Origin: Glaucostegus cemiculus
Taxonomy: Eukaryota
Direction of reading: 5' to 3'
NCBI GenBank assembly: GCA_976551045.1
Contig: CDPCPM010000180.1
Coordinates: 14,446,001-14,510,000, forward strand
Length of the DNA: 64,000 bases
The position numbers and the translations under genes are program-made. Positions within the stretch are counted from its first letter, which is position 1, and each line of letters begins with the position of its first letter. Shown here piece after piece: positions 62,991 through 64,000 of the stretch. The notes beneath the pieces were generated by a model. It saw only the letters and a list, made by a program, of their open reading frames with translations, did not search any database and was not told where the DNA came from.

Positions 62991-63196
62991 CTTCCAAATC
63001 TGTTTTCTATGTGACAGCCAGTTTTCAATTCTATGTGACAGTTTTCAGTCCATTTTCTCAAAGGTCACAACTTTACCAGAAAATGGACACAAATAAAAAG
63101 ATGCAAAATATTCTTTCTAAGTAGTATATGCATAAAAAACATGCACAATGGGATCTAATTTCTCATTTTTAAATCCATATACTGTATTTATATCTG

Positions 63197-63730
63197 TTAT
63201 AGAGTCATAGAGTCATGCGGCACGGAAATAGATGCCATGGTCACATGCAAACCAAGATGCCCATCTAAGTCCCATTTCCCCTTGTTTGGCCCATATCCTT
63301 CTGTATCTTTTCTGTCCATGTACCACTCCAAGTGCCTTTTAAACGTTGTTAATGTGCCTGTCTCAACCACTTCCTCAGGCAGCTCATTCCACATACCAAC
63401 CACTCTCTGAGTGAAGAAGTTGCCCCTCAGGTTCCTGTTAAATGTTTCCCCTTTCACCTTAAGCCTAAGCCCTCTAGTTCTTGATTCTACAGCTCTAGGA
63501 AAAAGACTGTGTGCATTCACCTTATCTATGCCCCTCATGATTTTATGCACCTTTATAAGATCACTCCTCATTCTCCTACTCTTCACTGAATAAAGTCCTA
63601 GCCTGCTTAACCTCTCTCCTTTGAGTTCTGGCAACATCCTTGTAATTTTTTCTGCACTCTTTCTAGTTTAATGGCATCTTTCCTATAGCAGGGAGACCAA
63701 AACTGAACACAATATTCCAAATGCAGCCCG
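63197..63730 (-). mobile_element. CR1 3' fragment
   Basis: ORF 63197-63637 RRMRSDLIKV..RTRG..NFFTQRVVGMWNELP; tail (ATAGAGTC)n. Confidence 0.9.
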
Positions 63731-64000
63731 TTGTATCTCATTTTATCAGGAATGGCCATTACAATGTTATTGGTCACTTATGCAACCTGTCGGTGCTGTG
63801 AGTACAATCATGCCATTACTTCTCATACATTTTGCAAGCTAAGAGACTTATGGTGCCTTGTCAATTAGTTGTTGCTTATGTTTACAGAACTACCCACTGT
63901 GACCTTTATACCAGATGCATTGGTTAAATTATACAACAAACAATAGAAGGTAAGCAATGAAACCTGAGTCAAAATGCAAAGATAGGCAATTTAACCGACA

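Noticed and set aside
51900-64000. Convergent neighbour gene (C18orf21-like) or other exons downstream
   Set aside because: No recognisable peptide on either strand. The acceptor-like site at ~60085 and ORFs 51900-52094 and 60085-60327 match nothing I know.
1-64000. CRISPR array, operon or prokaryotic defence system
   Set aside because: The sequence is vertebrate intron/exon DNA. There is no repeat-spacer array, and all RT and nuclease ORFs belong to LINE or Penelope elements.

Overview
Eukaryotic (vertebrate) genomic DNA. The repeat content (HE1/V-SINE, Deu-SINE, abundant CR1, Rex1 and Penelope elements) points to a cartilaginous fish, probably a ray or shark; this is an inference. The window holds the 3' two-thirds of one + strand gene of the RPRD1 family (RNA Pol II CTD-interacting protein). 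Five coding exons are visible: 7830-7936, 8035-8132, 21083-21209, 21327-21502 and 49043-49192 (stop), followed by a ~2.2 kb repeat-free 3' UTR. The first two exons were not found and probably lie upstream. The short linker exon and CID-end sequence favour RPRD1A, but the C-terminus looks like RPRD1B. Nearly all other ORFs in the track are pieces of decayed retroelements (CR1, Rex1/Babar, L1, RTE, L2, Penelope) or their antisense shadows. There are also two Tigger-like MITEs and a 176-N assembly gap. No clearly new protein-coding system is supported. The most interesting observations are: a clustered intronic poly(A) signal just after exon 6; inverted same-family CR1 copies bracketing an in-frame 303-nt exon pair; Penelope fold-back elements with degenerate hammerhead ribozyme cores; and a V-SINE carrying a Rex1-type tail. 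Exon numbers are by homology recalled from memory, and repeat boundaries are approximate unless a TSD or TIR is quoted.
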